Assembly (NCBI GenBank): GCA_945877815.1
Contig: CAMDWJ010000020.1
Span: 467-64,466 of the forward strand
Length of the DNA stretch: 64,000 nt
Direction: 5' to 3'
From: Caenispirillum bisanense
GTDB lineage: Bacteria > Pseudomonadota > Alphaproteobacteria > Rhodospirillales > UBA2165
Under the pieces are notes generated by a model, which made no database searches, had not been told where the DNA came from, and saw only the letters and a program-made list of their open reading frames with translations. Below, piece after piece: positions 17,830-27,809 of this stretch. The first letter of the stretch is position 1. Each line of letters opens with the position of its first letter. A program made the translations under genes and the position numbers.

Positions 17830-20277
17830 TTAGTGATCGCCGACGAGAACCTCGCGGCGGCCGACGCGGTCGGCTTTACTGACGACGCCCTGTTCTTCCA
17901 TCTGTTCGATAATACGGGCCGCTCGGTTGTAGCCGATCTGCAGATGGCGCTGAATGAAACTGGTCGAGGCTTTGCCTTCGCGCGCGACCAACGCCACCGC
18001 CTGATCGTAAAGTCCGTCGACCGACGATTGCTCGTTCTCCATGCCGGGAATTCCGAGCCCGCCCTCGACATCTTCGGTAACGGCTTCCTCATAGACCGGC
18101 TCGCCTTGGCTCTTCAGATATTTCACGATCCGCTCGACTTCGCCGTCGCTGACGAAAGGACCATGTACGCGCGTGATCTGACCGCCGCCCGCCATATAGA
18201 GCATGTCGCCCTGGCCGAGTAGCTGTTCGGCACCCTGCTCGCCGAGGATGGTGCGGCTGTCGATCTTCGAGGTGACCTGGAAGGAAACACGGGTCGGGAA
18301 GTTCGCCTTGATCGTACCGGTGATGACGTCGACCGAGGGGCGTTGCGTCGCCATGATCAAATGAATTCCGGCGGCGCGCGCCATCTGGGCCAGGCGCTGC
18401 ACGGAGGCTTCGATATCCTTGCCGGCCACCATCATCAGATCGGCCATTTCGTCGACCACGATTACGATCAGAGGCAATGGATCCGTGCCCAACGGCTGAT
18501 CTTCGTAGATCGGCTTGCCGTCGGCATCGAAGCCGGTCTGTATCCGGCGCGACAGGATCTCGCCCTTCTTCTTCGCTTCGAGAAGGCGGGCATTGTAGCC
18601 GGCGAGATTGCGCACGCCCAATTGCGACATCAGACGATAGCGATCTTCCATCTCGCGTGTCGCCCATTTCAAGGCAACGACGGCTTTCTTCGGATCGGTG
18701 ACGACGGGCGAGAGCAGATTCGGTATGCCGTCATAGACGCTGAGTTCCAGCATCTTCGGATCGATCATGATGAATTTGCATTCGTCGGGCGTACGCTGAT
18801 AGAGCAGCGACAGGATCATCGTATTGATCGCAACCGACTTGCCCGATCCCGTGGTGCCGGCAATCAACAGATGCGGCATCTTAGCGAGATCAACGACGAC
18901 GGGTGTGCCGCCGATATCCTTGCCGAGAGCGATCGCAAGGATTGCGCCCGATTCCTCGAAGGAGCGGGCCGCCAGCAGTTCGCGGAAATAAACCATGTCG
19001 CGGCGGGCGTTCGGCAATTCGATACCGATGACGCTGCGGCCCGGAATAACGGCGATGCGCACGCTGAGGGCACTCATCGAACGCGCGATATCGTCAGCGA
19101 GGCTGACGACGCGCGCGGTCTTGATGCCGGGCGCGGGTTCCAGTTCGTACAATGTGACGACGGGGCCCGGACGCACTTTCGTGATCTGGCCACGCACGCC
19201 GAAATCCTCGAGTACGGATTCCAAAAGCTTCGCATTGGCGGCGAGCGAGTCCTTGTCGGCGCCATATTCGCCGTGACCGGAAGGAGCCGCTTCGACCAAA
19301 TCGAGCGGCGGCAATTGGAAATCGCTGCCACCCTTGTCGCGGCCGAGCGCCAGGCGCCCTTGGCGCACCGATTGAGCGCGCATTCCTTCGGGTGGACGTT
19401 TCTCTTTTTTCTCGACGATCGACTTGCGCGCGGGCTCGATGATCTCTGGCTCGGCATCGTGGTCGTCCTCGACCTGAGCCTCGAGCGGCGGGTGTGTATC
19501 GCCGTCCAGAAGCGGCTCGACTCGCTCGCGCACCGGGCGGCGTTCGAGACGCGGTTTGAAGGTCTGCGCGCGATCGGCAAGGGCACCGGACCGTTCGCTG
19601 ATCGTCGCGCCAAAGCGGCGAAGGCGCACGACATAACGCAAAAGCCCGATGGTGCGCGCGGAAATGCGCGCCGTGGTCGCGGCCGCACCTGCGACGGCCT
19701 GCCAATCGCGACGATCGAGACCGAGGGCAAAGGCAAAAGATGCAAGCCAGACGACGGCACTGACAGCGGCGAGGACCATCGGCATATCGAGATGCAGATA
19801 TTTGAAGATCGCCGCATCGAAGGCATTCACGATCAGCATGCCGCCGACTCCCCCCAATCCGGCACGCAACGGCCAGCCATCCGGTTCGGGCAAGGCGGTC
19901 AGCCAGATCGAGGCTGCAAACAGGCTAAGGATGAAAACCAGGCTGCGGAACCACATGTAGGAGGGCGCCTTGGCGCGCAGCATTTGCACACCCCAGGCAC
20001 CGAGCAGCAAGGGGGGCAGAATGCCCGCGAGTCCGAAGAGTTGGACCAGCACATCGGCTGCATAAGCGCCGGGCAAGCCGATCAGGTTTCTAGCTGCGCC
20101 ATCGGTCGCGACGTCGAACGACGGATCGGACGGGGAATAGGTTGCAACGGCGGCAAAAAGGACCGCGGCGGCCGCGACCACGGCCACGCCGATTGCCTCG
20201 ACCGCGCGCCGCTTGAGGCCGTCGACCGCGCCGTCCGGCAGGAATGTCGTCCGCGCCTTCGCTGAAGAATGTGCCAT
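17830..20277 (-). CDS. ftsK: DNA translocase FtsK
   Basis: 815 aa. N-terminal membrane helices, a linker, a motor domain with Walker A HLLIAGTTGSGKSV, and a C-terminal gamma winged helix (…ASTSFIQRHLQIGYNRAARIIEQMEEQGVV…). Confidence 0.97.
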   Translation of the reverse strand: MAHSSAKARTTFLPDGAVDGLKRRAVEAIGVAVVAAAAVLFAAVATYSPSDPSFDVATDGAARNLIGLPGAYAADVLVQLFGLAGILPPLLLGAWGVQMLRAKAPSYMWFRSLVFILSLFAASIWLTALPEPDGWPLRAGLGGVGGMLIVNAFDAAIFKYLHLDMPMVLAAVSAVVWLASFAFALGLDRRDWQAVAGAAATTARISARTIGLLRYVVRLRRFGATISERSGALADRAQTFKPRLERRPVRERVEPLLDGDTHPPLEAQVEDDHDAEPEIIEPARKSIVEKKEKRPPEGMRAQSVRQGRLALGRDKGGSDFQLPPLDLVEAAPSGHGEYGADKDSLAANAKLLESVLEDFGVRGQITKVRPGPVVTLYELEPAPGIKTARVVSLADDIARSMSALSVRIAVIPGRSVIGIELPNARRDMVYFRELLAARSFEESGAILAIALGKDIGGTPVVVDLAKMPHLLIAGTTGSGKSVAINTMILSLLYQRTPDECKFIMIDPKMLELSVYDGIPNLLSPVVTDPKKAVVALKWATREMEDRYRLMSQLGVRNLAGYNARLLEAKKKGEILSRRIQTGFDADGKPIYEDQPLGTDPLPLIVIVVDEMADLMMVAGKDIEASVQRLAQMARAAGIHLIMATQRPSVDVITGTIKANFPTRVSFQVTSKIDSRTILGEQGAEQLLGQGDMLYMAGGGQITRVHGPFVSDGEVERIVKYLKSQGEPVYEEAVTEDVEGGLGIPGMENEQSSVDGLYDQAVALVAREGKASTSFIQRHLQIGYNRAARIIEQMEEQGVVSKADRVGRREVLVGDH

Positions 20278-20336
20278 AAAGCGGACTATGAAAGGCGAAG
20301 ATTAACGCGGCGTTAAGAAACGCTCTTTACGGCAGA

Positions 20337-21131
20337 TCACTTGACTTTCGGGAGTCCTTTTGTGCCATCTCTGCCACTGTCCATGCGCTCCAGGTTTTCC
20401 TGGGCGACCTTCGCCGCCGGGGAGGCCGGGGATCGCTCGATGACCGAGAGCCAATCGCGGCGCGCGGCGGCGGCGTTGCCCGCGAGCCGGTTGAGCATGC
20501 CGCGTTCCAGCAATGCCTCGGGATGGGATGGGTTGAGTTGGAGGGCCGCAACCAGATCGGCGGTGGCGAGATCGGTCTTGCCGGTTTGGCGATAGGCGCT
20601 GGCCCGAAAGACCAACGCGTCGACCTTGGTCGGATCTTGGGCCAGCACGGTGCTGAGATCGGCGATGACCGTGGCGAAGTCGCCGCGCTGAGCCAGCGCC
20701 TGGGAACGATCGAGCCGCAGCTCCAAATCATTCGGATCGAGCTTGATCGCGGCGGTCAACAGAGCCTCCGCCTGCTGGGCATTACCGGCGAGCATCCAGC
20801 CTTGCGCGGCCTGTGCGAGCAATTCGGCACGGAAGCCGGACACGGCGCGCATATCTTGCGCCAGCGCTTCGATGCGGCGCGCACCCTCGGCATGCTGCCC
20901 CATGCCGATCAGCGCGACACCCTGGCAATGGCGCGCGGCATCGCCCCCGCCAAGTCCCAGCCAATGGACGGCATGGTCGAATCCAAGCTTCGGATTGGAG
21001 CGCGCCTCATCCATGCAGGCGTGATATTCGCGCCGGGGATCGATAGACTGGGCCGCAGCGACGCCCGCCAGGACGGATAACTGGGCCACAACCAGCGTAA
21101 GGACTAGATATGGTAAAAGGCGTGTCTTCAT
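20337..21131 (-). CDS. Secreted tetratricopeptide-repeat protein
   Basis: 264 aa with signal peptide MKTRLLPYLVLTLVVAQLSVLAGVAAAQ. Repeated TPR-like A-x-x-x-A/L-x-x-P helices (…LLTAAIKLDPNDLELRLDRSQALAQRGDFATVIADLSTVLAQDPTKVDALVFRASAY…). Confidence 0.8.
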   Translation of the reverse strand: MKTRLLPYLVLTLVVAQLSVLAGVAAAQSIDPRREYHACMDEARSNPKLGFDHAVHWLGLGGGDAARHCQGVALIGMGQHAEGARRIEALAQDMRAVSGFRAELLAQAAQGWMLAGNAQQAEALLTAAIKLDPNDLELRLDRSQALAQRGDFATVIADLSTVLAQDPTKVDALVFRASAYRQTGKTDLATADLVAALQLNPSHPEALLERGMLNRLAGNAAAARRDWLSVIERSPASPAAKVAQENLERMDSGRDGTKGLPKVK

Positions 21132-21173
21132 CAGACGCTAGACTCCGTCACCGGCGGGATCGTGGCAAGACGC

Positions 21174-22034
21174 ATGTCGGACTCTAAGAATCGCCTGCTC
21201 TGCGTCGGCTTCGGCTACGTCGCGCAAGCCCTGGCTGTATCGCTCGATCGCGCGGGGTGGGACGTCAGCGGCACCATCCGCGCCAAAAAAGTTCCCGCCC
21301 AACCGAAACCGGTGACGGTTGTTCCCTTCGCCGAGGCCGGACCGGCGATCGCGACGGCCACGCATATCCTGATTTCGATCCCACCCGATACCAGGGGCGA
21401 CCCGGTCCTGCGCCGGCACGCATCTCACTTCGCCACGCTGAGCGACTTGCGCTGGATCGGATATCTGTCGACCACCGGGGTCTACGGCGATACCGGCGGC
21501 CGCGCGGTCGACGAGACGGCGGCGCTGGTGCCGACAGCGGACCGAAGCCGGCGGCGCATCAAGGCGGAGTTCGACTGGCAAGACCAAGCCGCGACGAACG
21601 CCTTACCGCTTCACATCTTCCGCCTCGCCGGCATCTACGGGCCGGGGCGTAGTCCACTCGACCAAGCTAGAGCCGGAACGGCTCGGCGTATTGCCAAGCC
21701 GGGGCATGCGTTTTCACGCATTCATGTGGAAGATATTGTGCAGGCGCTGACCCTTTCGATGACCGCGCCCCAGCCCGGCGCGATCTATAATCTGTGCGAC
21801 GACGAAGCGGCCGAGCAGATCGATGTCGTCGCCTGTGCCTTCAGCTTGTTGGGGATCGAGCCGCCGCCGCCCGTCGATTTCAAGGAAGCCGTCAAAACCA
21901 TGTCGCCGATGCAGCGATCCTTCTGGGACGACGACCGACGCATCGACAATGGCCGCGTCAAACGCGAGCTTGGGCTGACCTTGCGTTATCCAACCTATCG
22001 CGAAGGTCTGGCGGCATTGCACTCAACCGGCTAG
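21174..22034 (+). CDS. NAD(P)-binding SDR-family protein (epimerase/dehydratase-like)
   Basis: N-terminal Rossmann strand-loop LLCVGFGYVAQALAVSLDRAGWDVSGTIR. Later …YLSTTGVYGD… and …IFRLAGIYGPGR…. Start is the ATG at 21174 (a GTG at 21162 is also possible). Confidence 0.8.
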   Translation: MSDSKNRLLCVGFGYVAQALAVSLDRAGWDVSGTIRAKKVPAQPKPVTVVPFAEAGPAIATATHILISIPPDTRGDPVLRRHASHFATLSDLRWIGYLSTTGVYGDTGGRAVDETAALVPTADRSRRRIKAEFDWQDQAATNALPLHIFRLAGIYGPGRSPLDQARAGTARRIAKPGHAFSRIHVEDIVQALTLSMTAPQPGAIYNLCDDEAAEQIDVVACAFSLLGIEPPPPVDFKEAVKTMSPMQRSFWDDDRRIDNGRVKRELGLTLRYPTYREGLAALHSTG

Positions 22035-22035
22035 A

Positions 22036-22824
22036 TCACGCGAAGCGGTCGAGAAGATTTGCGACGACAGCGGTCAGGCGGGCCAGATCGTCCGGCTCGC
22101 TCAAACGATGGTCGCCGTCCTTGACTAACGTCAGTTCAACATCTTTGGAGGTTAGAACCTCTAGAATTCGTGCCGAAATCTCCCAAGGCACCGCAGCATC
22201 CGCCGTGCCGTGCAAAAGGCGCACAGGACCGTCGAAGGCGATAGCGCCCTCCAACAGGCGGTGAGCGCGACCCGACGACAACAAACCGCGCGTGAAGACG
22301 TAATCGGAGCCATAGGCGCTGGCCACGACGACCTTGCCGGTCGCCTCCATCTCGATGCGATGTTCCGGTGTCATCGCGAGCATCAGGCGTTCGGTGAAAT
22401 CGGGGGCGGGGGCTATGCCGACGAGACCTTTGACGCGATCCGGCCGGGCGCGGGCCAGCAACAGCATCATCCAACCACCCATGCTGGAGCCGACCAGCAC
22501 TTGCGGTCCCTCAGTCAACAGATCGAACGCGGCGAGCGCGTCGGCGAACCATGTGGCGATATCCGCCTCCTCGAAGGCGCCTTTGGATTCGCCATGGCCA
22601 CGGTAATCGAAGCGCAGAAAGGCTTGGCCGCGGGCGCGGCACAGCCCGTCAAGGGCCAATGCCTTGCTGCCCGACATATCCGACATGAACCCGGTCAGGA
22701 ACATCACTCCCGGCCCTCGACCCTCCAGCCGATGGTAGGCGATGGACGGCGCCTCGCCGCGTGTTAATATCCGCGCCCGCGCATTGGGTGCGGCTTTTTG
22801 CTCGGCGGTTTTTTCAACGCTCAT
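22036..22824 (-). CDS. Alpha/beta hydrolase
   Basis: I trimmed the track ORF to the ATG at 22824 (MSVEKTAEQK…). …GVMFLTGFMSDMSGSKA…FDYRGHGES…, the nucleophile elbow LVGSSMGGWMM, and a C-terminal …LLHGTADAAVPW…DGDHRLS. Confidence 0.85.
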   Translation of the reverse strand: MSVEKTAEQKAAPNARARILTRGEAPSIAYHRLEGRGPGVMFLTGFMSDMSGSKALALDGLCRARGQAFLRFDYRGHGESKGAFEEADIATWFADALAAFDLLTEGPQVLVGSSMGGWMMLLLARARPDRVKGLVGIAPAPDFTERLMLAMTPEHRIEMEATGKVVVASAYGSDYVFTRGLLSSGRAHRLLEGAIAFDGPVRLLHGTADAAVPWEISARILEVLTSKDVELTLVKDGDHRLSEPDDLARLTAVVANLLDRFA

Positions 22825-24067
22825 GGAATCGCGTACTCTAACGAATGTGGGACTCGACCATACCACCGCGCATGCCCCGTCGGAAACCGACGCGGGGGCA
22901 AGCCCCCTGCCGCGCGGTATCCGTGGCGCCACTGTCCTTCAAGTTCTACCGGCCCTCGTCACCGGCGGGGTGGAACGGGGCGCGGTAGATATCGCCGAGG
23001 CCATTGTCGCCGCCGGCGGACGCGCCATCGTGGCGTCGGCCGGCGGGCCGATGGTCACCGAACTCAATCGCGCGCGTGCCGAACATGTCACCCTGCCGCT
23101 CGATTCCAAGAACCCGCTTGTCATCTTCAAAAACATCGACCGGCTCGCCGAGCTGATCGTGCGCGAGAATGTCGATATCGTGCATGCGCGGTCCCGCGCG
23201 CCTGCCTGGAGCGCCTATCGCGCGGCCCGCGACGCCGGCCGCCCATTTCTGACGACCTATCACGGCACCTACGGTCATCGGAACGCGCTGAAACGCTGGT
23301 ACAATTCGGTCATGGTGAAGGGCGAGCGCGTCATCGCGATCTCCGATTTCATCGCCGGCCATATCCGCCAAATCTATGGTGTGCCGAGCAGCCGCATCCG
23401 TGTCATACCGCGCGGCGTAGACATGATTCGCTTCGATAGCCACAACATCAGCCAAGAGCGTGTGATCAATCTTGCGCAGCGCTGGCGCCTGCCTGACGGC
23501 ATGCCCGTGGTGATGCTGCCGGGGCGGCTGACGCGCTGGAAAGGGCAAATCATTTTCATCGAAGCGATCGAGAAGCTCGGCCGCCGCGATATCCAGTGCC
23601 TGCTGGTCGGGTCGGATCAAGGGCGCGAGGGTTACCGGCGCGAACTCGAACAGGAAATCGAGCGGCGCGGTCTCAACAACATCATGCACGTGATCGACGA
23701 CTGCAACGATATGCCCGCTGCCTATATGCTGACCGATCTCGTGATTTCCGCCTCCACCGATCCCGAAGCCTTCGGGCGCGTGATCGTCGAAGCCCAGGCG
23801 CTTGGCCGTCCGGTGGTCGCAACCGATCACGGCGGCGCCCGCGAAACCGTGATCGAGAATGTCACCGGCTGGCTCACTCCGCCCGGCGATGCGCAGGCCC
23901 TGGCCGACGCGATCGGTCTCGCCCTGACCCTCGATGGGCAACAAAGACAGAATCTGAGCAAGCGCGCCATCGAACATATACGCGCGAATTACACCAAGGA
24001 ACTGATGAGCAAGCGCACACTCGACGTCTATAACGAACTGCTGCGGGAGCGTTCGGCTGGCCGCTGA
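22823..24067 (+). CDS. Glycosyltransferase family 4 (GT-B, group 1)
   Basis: …VLQVLPALVTGGVERGAVDIAEAI… N-domain, and a C-domain …LVGSDQGREGYRRELEQ…ISASTDPEAFGRVIVEAQALGRPVVATDHGGARETV…. The start is uncertain (ATG 22823 or GTG 22847). ATG 22823 would overlap the divergent hydrolase start codon. Confidence 0.85.
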   Translation: MESRTLTNVGLDHTTAHAPSETDAGASPLPRGIRGATVLQVLPALVTGGVERGAVDIAEAIVAAGGRAIVASAGGPMVTELNRARAEHVTLPLDSKNPLVIFKNIDRLAELIVRENVDIVHARSRAPAWSAYRAARDAGRPFLTTYHGTYGHRNALKRWYNSVMVKGERVIAISDFIAGHIRQIYGVPSSRIRVIPRGVDMIRFDSHNISQERVINLAQRWRLPDGMPVVMLPGRLTRWKGQIIFIEAIEKLGRRDIQCLLVGSDQGREGYRRELEQEIERRGLNNIMHVIDDCNDMPAAYMLTDLVISASTDPEAFGRVIVEAQALGRPVVATDHGGARETVIENVTGWLTPPGDAQALADAIGLALTLDGQQRQNLSKRAIEHIRANYTKELMSKRTLDVYNELLRERSAGR

Positions 24068-24068
24068 C

Positions 24069-24998
24069 ATCCGCATTCTCGTCATCAAATTGGGCGCGCT
24101 TGGCGATTTCGTCCAAGCCGCCGGGCCGTATGCCGCCATCCGTGCGCACCATCCGGGTGCGCACATCACATTGCTGACCACTGGCCCCTTCGCCGATTTC
24201 GCGCGCCGCACGCCTTGGTTCGACGAGGTGTGGGTCGACAACCGGCCGAAGCTGAGCAATCTCGCGGGCGTACTGGCGCTGCGCGGGCAATTGCGCGCGC
24301 AGCGCTTTTCTCGCGTCTACGATCTCCAGACATCGGATCGCAGCAGTTTTTATTATCAATTGTTCAGACCCGGCCCGATGCCCGAGTGGTCGGGAATCGC
24401 TTTCGGCTGCTCACATCCGCACAAAAATCCCCGGCGCGATTTCCTGCACACCGTCGAACGGCAGAAAGATCAGCTCGCCATGACCGGGATCGCCGAGGTT
24501 CGTCCCCCCGATTTTCGCTGGCTCATGCGCGGCAGTCTGCGGTTCTGGCTGCCGCGGCCATTTGCCCTGCTGGTGCCGGGCGGCGCCGCACATCGACCCG
24601 AAAAGCGCTGGCCGATCGCGCATTATTGCGCCCTGGCAACCCAGATCGCCCATCGCGGCCTGACGCCCGTAATCTTGGGATCGACTGCCGAGAAGCCGCT
24701 CGCCCAAACCATCAGCGCTGTGGCACCCCGGGTGCGCGACCTGACAGGGGAAACCGACATTGCCGATCTATTTGCGCTCGCTCGCGAAGCTGCCATCTGC
24801 ATCGGCAACGATACCGGCCCTATGCATATCGCCGCCGTTATGAATTGCCCCACCGTCGTGTTGTTTTCCGAGGCCTCCGACCCGGCGCTTTGCGCACCGC
24901 GCGGGCAACGAGTCGCGATCGTGCGGCGCAAGGATTTGAGGGCCGTGCGGATCAACGAAGTGTTAGACGCGCTGCCCGCCGATGGCGCGTCTTCTTGA
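24069..24998 (+). CDS. Glycosyltransferase family 9 (heptosyltransferase-like); conserved N-terminus lacks a canonical start codon
   Basis: The frame is open from 24009. The conserved first beta-strand …D-I-R-I-L-V-I-K-L-G-A-L-G-D-F… begins upstream of the only ATG/GTG/TTG candidate (TTG 24090, used by the track). ATC at 24069 lies 1 nt after the GT4 stop (TGA 24065-24067) and would give (M)RILVIKLGALGDF…. The C-terminal region …IGNDTGPMHIAAVMNCPTVVLF… is typical of GT9. Confidence 0.8.
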   Translation: MRILVIKLGALGDFVQAAGPYAAIRAHHPGAHITLLTTGPFADFARRTPWFDEVWVDNRPKLSNLAGVLALRGQLRAQRFSRVYDLQTSDRSSFYYQLFRPGPMPEWSGIAFGCSHPHKNPRRDFLHTVERQKDQLAMTGIAEVRPPDFRWLMRGSLRFWLPRPFALLVPGGAAHRPEKRWPIAHYCALATQIAHRGLTPVILGSTAEKPLAQTISAVAPRVRDLTGETDIADLFALAREAAICIGNDTGPMHIAAVMNCPTVVLFSEASDPALCAPRGQRVAIVRRKDLRAVRINEVLDALPADGASS

Positions 24999-25120
24999 CA
25001 GCGTCATGAAGATTTCCGATATATTCGCGCATGAATACGCCGATCACCACCACCGTGACCGCGACCGCGACCTCGTTTCGAGGGCCGTGACGTCCAGCGT
25101 ACGCTTTGCCGGACCCACAG

Positions 25121-25150
25121 CCCTCCTCGCCTCCGGCAGGAGGGTTTTTT
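25121..25150 (+). terminator. Rho-independent terminator after the GT4-GT9 pair, upstream of thrS
   Basis: CCCTCCT (25121-25127) / AGGAGGG (25138-25144) with a 10-nt loop, then TTTTTT (25145-25150). Confidence 0.65.
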
Positions 25151-25177
25151 AATTTTGAAAGAGAACGGACGACTTCG

Positions 25178-27094
25178 ATGGTTGCAGTAACACTCCCCGA
25201 CGGCAATGTGCGGCGTTACGACCGCCCGGTGACGGGCCTGGATGTCGCGGCCGATATCGGACCCGGCCTCGTCAAGGCGGCACTGGCAATGCGCATCGAC
25301 GGCGAGATGCGCGATCTGGCGCGCGAGATCGACAAGGATACGGCCTTCTCCGTTGTCACAACCAAGGATGCAGATGCGCTCGAGCTCATCCGCCACGACG
25401 CCGCGCATGTGATGGCGCAGGCGGTCCAGGAACTTTTTCCGGGCACGCAAGTCACCATCGGCCCCGCCATCGATAACGGCTTCTATTACGATTTCGCGCG
25501 CGCCGAACCCTTCTCGACGGACGATTTCGAGAAAATCGAAAAGCGTATGACGGAGATCATCGACCGCGATCTGCCGATCGTGCGCGAAGTGTGGGATCGC
25601 AACCGCGCGATCGCCTATTTCAAATCGATCGGCGAGGATTACAAAGCCGAGATCATTCAGGATCTGCCCGAGAGCGAGACGATCACGATCTACAAGCAGG
25701 GCGACTGGACGGATTTGTGTCGTGGGCCGCATCTGCCCTCGACGGGCCAATTGCCGAAAGCCTTCAAGCTGATGAAACTTGCCGGCGCCTATTGGCGCGG
25801 AGATTCGACCAAGGCACAGTTGCAGCGCATCTATGCGACGGCCTGGCCCGACGCCAAGCAGCTCAAATCCTATCTCGAAATGCTCGAAGAGGCCGAGAAG
25901 CGCGACCATCGCCGCCTGGGACGCGAGATGGATCTATTCCATTTCCAGGAAGAGGCGCCGGGTGCGGCCTTCTGGCACGCGGATGGATGGACGCTCTATC
26001 GCGCGCTCGAGACCTATATGCGTCGCCGGCTCGACGCGTCCGGCTACATCGAGGTGAAGACGCCCCAACTCGTCGATCGTGTTTTGTGGGAGAAATCCGG
26101 CCACTGGGAAAAATTTCGCGAACATATGTTCGTATCGGAATCGGACGAAGATCGTGTGCTCGCGGTCAAGCCGATGAATTGTCCCTGCCACGTGCAGATC
26201 TTCCGCCAGGGCATCAAAAGCTATCGCGATCTGCCGATGCGCATGGCCGAGTTCGGCTCGTGCCATCGCAACGAACCTTCCGGCGCATTGCACGGACTCA
26301 TGCGGGTGCGCGCCTTCACGCAGGACGATGCACATATTTTCTGCATGGAACGCCAGATCACGGACGAGACGAAGAAATTCATCGATCTGCTGTCCTCCAT
26401 CTACGCCGATCTCGGTTTCACGGATTTCGCGATCAAATTCTCGGATCGGCCGGCGGTGCGCGCCGGCACGGACGAGACCTGGGATCGCGCCGAGCAAGCC
26501 TTGCTCGATGCCTCCAAAGCGGCCGGGATCGAGGTGATCCCGAATCCCGGCGAAGGCGCATTCTATGGCCCGAAGCTCGAATTCGTGCTGCGCGACGCCA
26601 TCGGTCGGGATTGGCAATGCGGCACCTTGCAGGTCGATTTCGTGCTGCCCGAACGTTTGGATGCCTCCTATATCGGCGAGGACGGCGCCAAACACCGCCC
26701 CGTCATGTTGCACCGCGCGATCCTCGGCTCCTTCGAACGTTTCATCGGCATCCTGATCGAGCATTACGCGGGCAAATTCCCGCTGTGGCTGGCGCCCCGC
26801 CAAATCGTCGTCGCCACGATCACGGAAGCCGCAAACGGCTACGCGGCCGAGGTCCTGGCGCGCCTGAAGGCCCTGGGGATGCGGGCCGAGGCCGATCTGC
26901 GCAATGAAAAGATCAACTATAAGGTGCGCGAGCATTCGCTCGCCAAGGTGCCGGTGATCATGGTCGTCGGCGGCCGCGAGGCGGATGAAAAAACAGTGGC
27001 GCTCCGCCGTCTCGGCGGGGAAAAGCAAGAAGTAGTTGCCTTGGACGCCGCCCTGGCTACACTGCTGGCCGAAGCGTGTGCCCCGGGCCTGTGA
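25178..27094 (+). CDS. thrS: Threonine--tRNA ligase
   Basis: I trimmed the track ORF to the ATG at 25178 ([36 protein letters not shown] = TGS domain). It has an editing domain and a class II core (…[18 protein letters not shown]…[30 protein letters not shown]…). 638 aa. Confidence 0.97.
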   Translation: MVAVTLPDGNVRRYDRPVTGLDVAADIGPGLVKAALAMRIDGEMRDLAREIDKDTAFSVVTTKDADALELIRHDAAHVMAQAVQELFPGTQVTIGPAIDNGFYYDFARAEPFSTDDFEKIEKRMTEIIDRDLPIVREVWDRNRAIAYFKSIGEDYKAEIIQDLPESETITIYKQGDWTDLCRGPHLPSTGQLPKAFKLMKLAGAYWRGDSTKAQLQRIYATAWPDAKQLKSYLEMLEEAEKRDHRRLGREMDLFHFQEEAPGAAFWHADGWTLYRALETYMRRRLDASGYIEVKTPQLVDRVLWEKSGHWEKFREHMFVSESDEDRVLAVKPMNCPCHVQIFRQGIKSYRDLPMRMAEFGSCHRNEPSGALHGLMRVRAFTQDDAHIFCMERQITDETKKFIDLLSSIYADLGFTDFAIKFSDRPAVRAGTDETWDRAEQALLDASKAAGIEVIPNPGEGAFYGPKLEFVLRDAIGRDWQCGTLQVDFVLPERLDASYIGEDGAKHRPVMLHRAILGSFERFIGILIEHYAGKFPLWLAPRQIVVATITEAANGYAAEVLARLKALGMRAEADLRNEKINYKVREHSLAKVPVIMVVGGREADEKTVALRRLGGEKQEVVALDAALATLLAEACAPGL

Positions 27095-27209
27095 GTCCAG
27101 CGCGCCGGTTCGACAAGGAGAAACGTCCTTCGTTTCCGCCAGGAAATGGTCACATGCATTCATGGCATCGGACCCCTGCGAAACGAGGGCCCATGAAGGA
27201 GTTGCATAG

Positions 27210-27746
27210 ATCCCTCGCCCGCCGATGAACGCAGGCCCCTCCAAGGACGGGCCCAATATCAATACCGACATCAGAGTGCCCGAAGTGCGTCTCATCGACG
27301 CGGACGGTTCGAATGTCGGTGTCGTTTCAATCAACGATGCGCTGTCCCGCGCCGAAGCCGCCGGCCTCGACCTAGTCGAGATCGTGCCGAATTCGGAGCC
27401 GCCGGTCTGCAAAATCCTCGACTTTGGCAAGTTCAAGTACGAGGAACAAAAGCGCAAAAACGAAGCCCGCAAGAAGCAGAAGGTCATCGAGGTCAAAGAG
27501 ATCAAGATGCGCCCTGGCATCGAAGAGCATGACTATCAGGTCAAGATGCGCGCCATTCACCGCTTCCTCGAAGAGGGCGACAAGGTGAAGGTGACGTTGC
27601 GCTTCCGCGGTCGTGAAATGGCGCATCAGGAAATCGGTGCGCGCGTTCTCGAACGGGTTCAGACGGATTTGGCCCTGGAGGCCAAGGTCGAAGCGTTCCC
27701 GCGCATGGAAGGCCGGCAAATGACGATGGTCTTCGCGCCGCGTTAA
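27210..27746 (+). CDS. infC: Translation initiation factor IF-3, probably initiating at a non-canonical AUC
   Basis: …[62 protein letters not shown]… is unmistakably IF3. AAGGAG (27196-27201) lies 8 nt before the in-frame ATC at 27210 but 23 nt before the first ATG (27225). The codon before the ATC is TAG, so the ATC is the first possible codon of the frame. Confidence 0.93.
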   Translation: MPRPPMNAGPSKDGPNINTDIRVPEVRLIDADGSNVGVVSINDALSRAEAAGLDLVEIVPNSEPPVCKILDFGKFKYEEQKRKNEARKKQKVIEVKEIKMRPGIEEHDYQVKMRAIHRFLEEGDKVKVTLRFRGREMAHQEIGARVLERVQTDLALEAKVEAFPRMEGRQMTMVFAPR

Positions 27747-27780
27747 CGCGGCCACCCTACCCGCCTTCACACGGTTGTAA

Positions 27781-27807
27781 CGTCGCCGACATTAAATGTC
27801 GGCGACG
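27781..27807 (+). promoter_or_regulatory. Perfect 11-bp hairpin abutting the start codon of the first EEP gene
   Basis: CGTCGCCGACA (27781-27791), loop TTAAA, TGTCGGCGACG (27797-27807). The ATG at 27810 follows 2 nt later. No Shine-Dalgarno sequence and no U-tract. The hairpin lies 34 nt after the infC stop. Confidence 0.5.
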
Positions 27808-27809
27808 CA

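Noticed and set aside
22822-22825. Overlapping divergent start codons (CATG) of the hydrolase and GT4 genes as a special regulatory arrangement.
   Set aside because: Neither start has a convincing RBS, and the GT4 gene has an alternative GTG at 22847. Start-site uncertainty is the likelier explanation.
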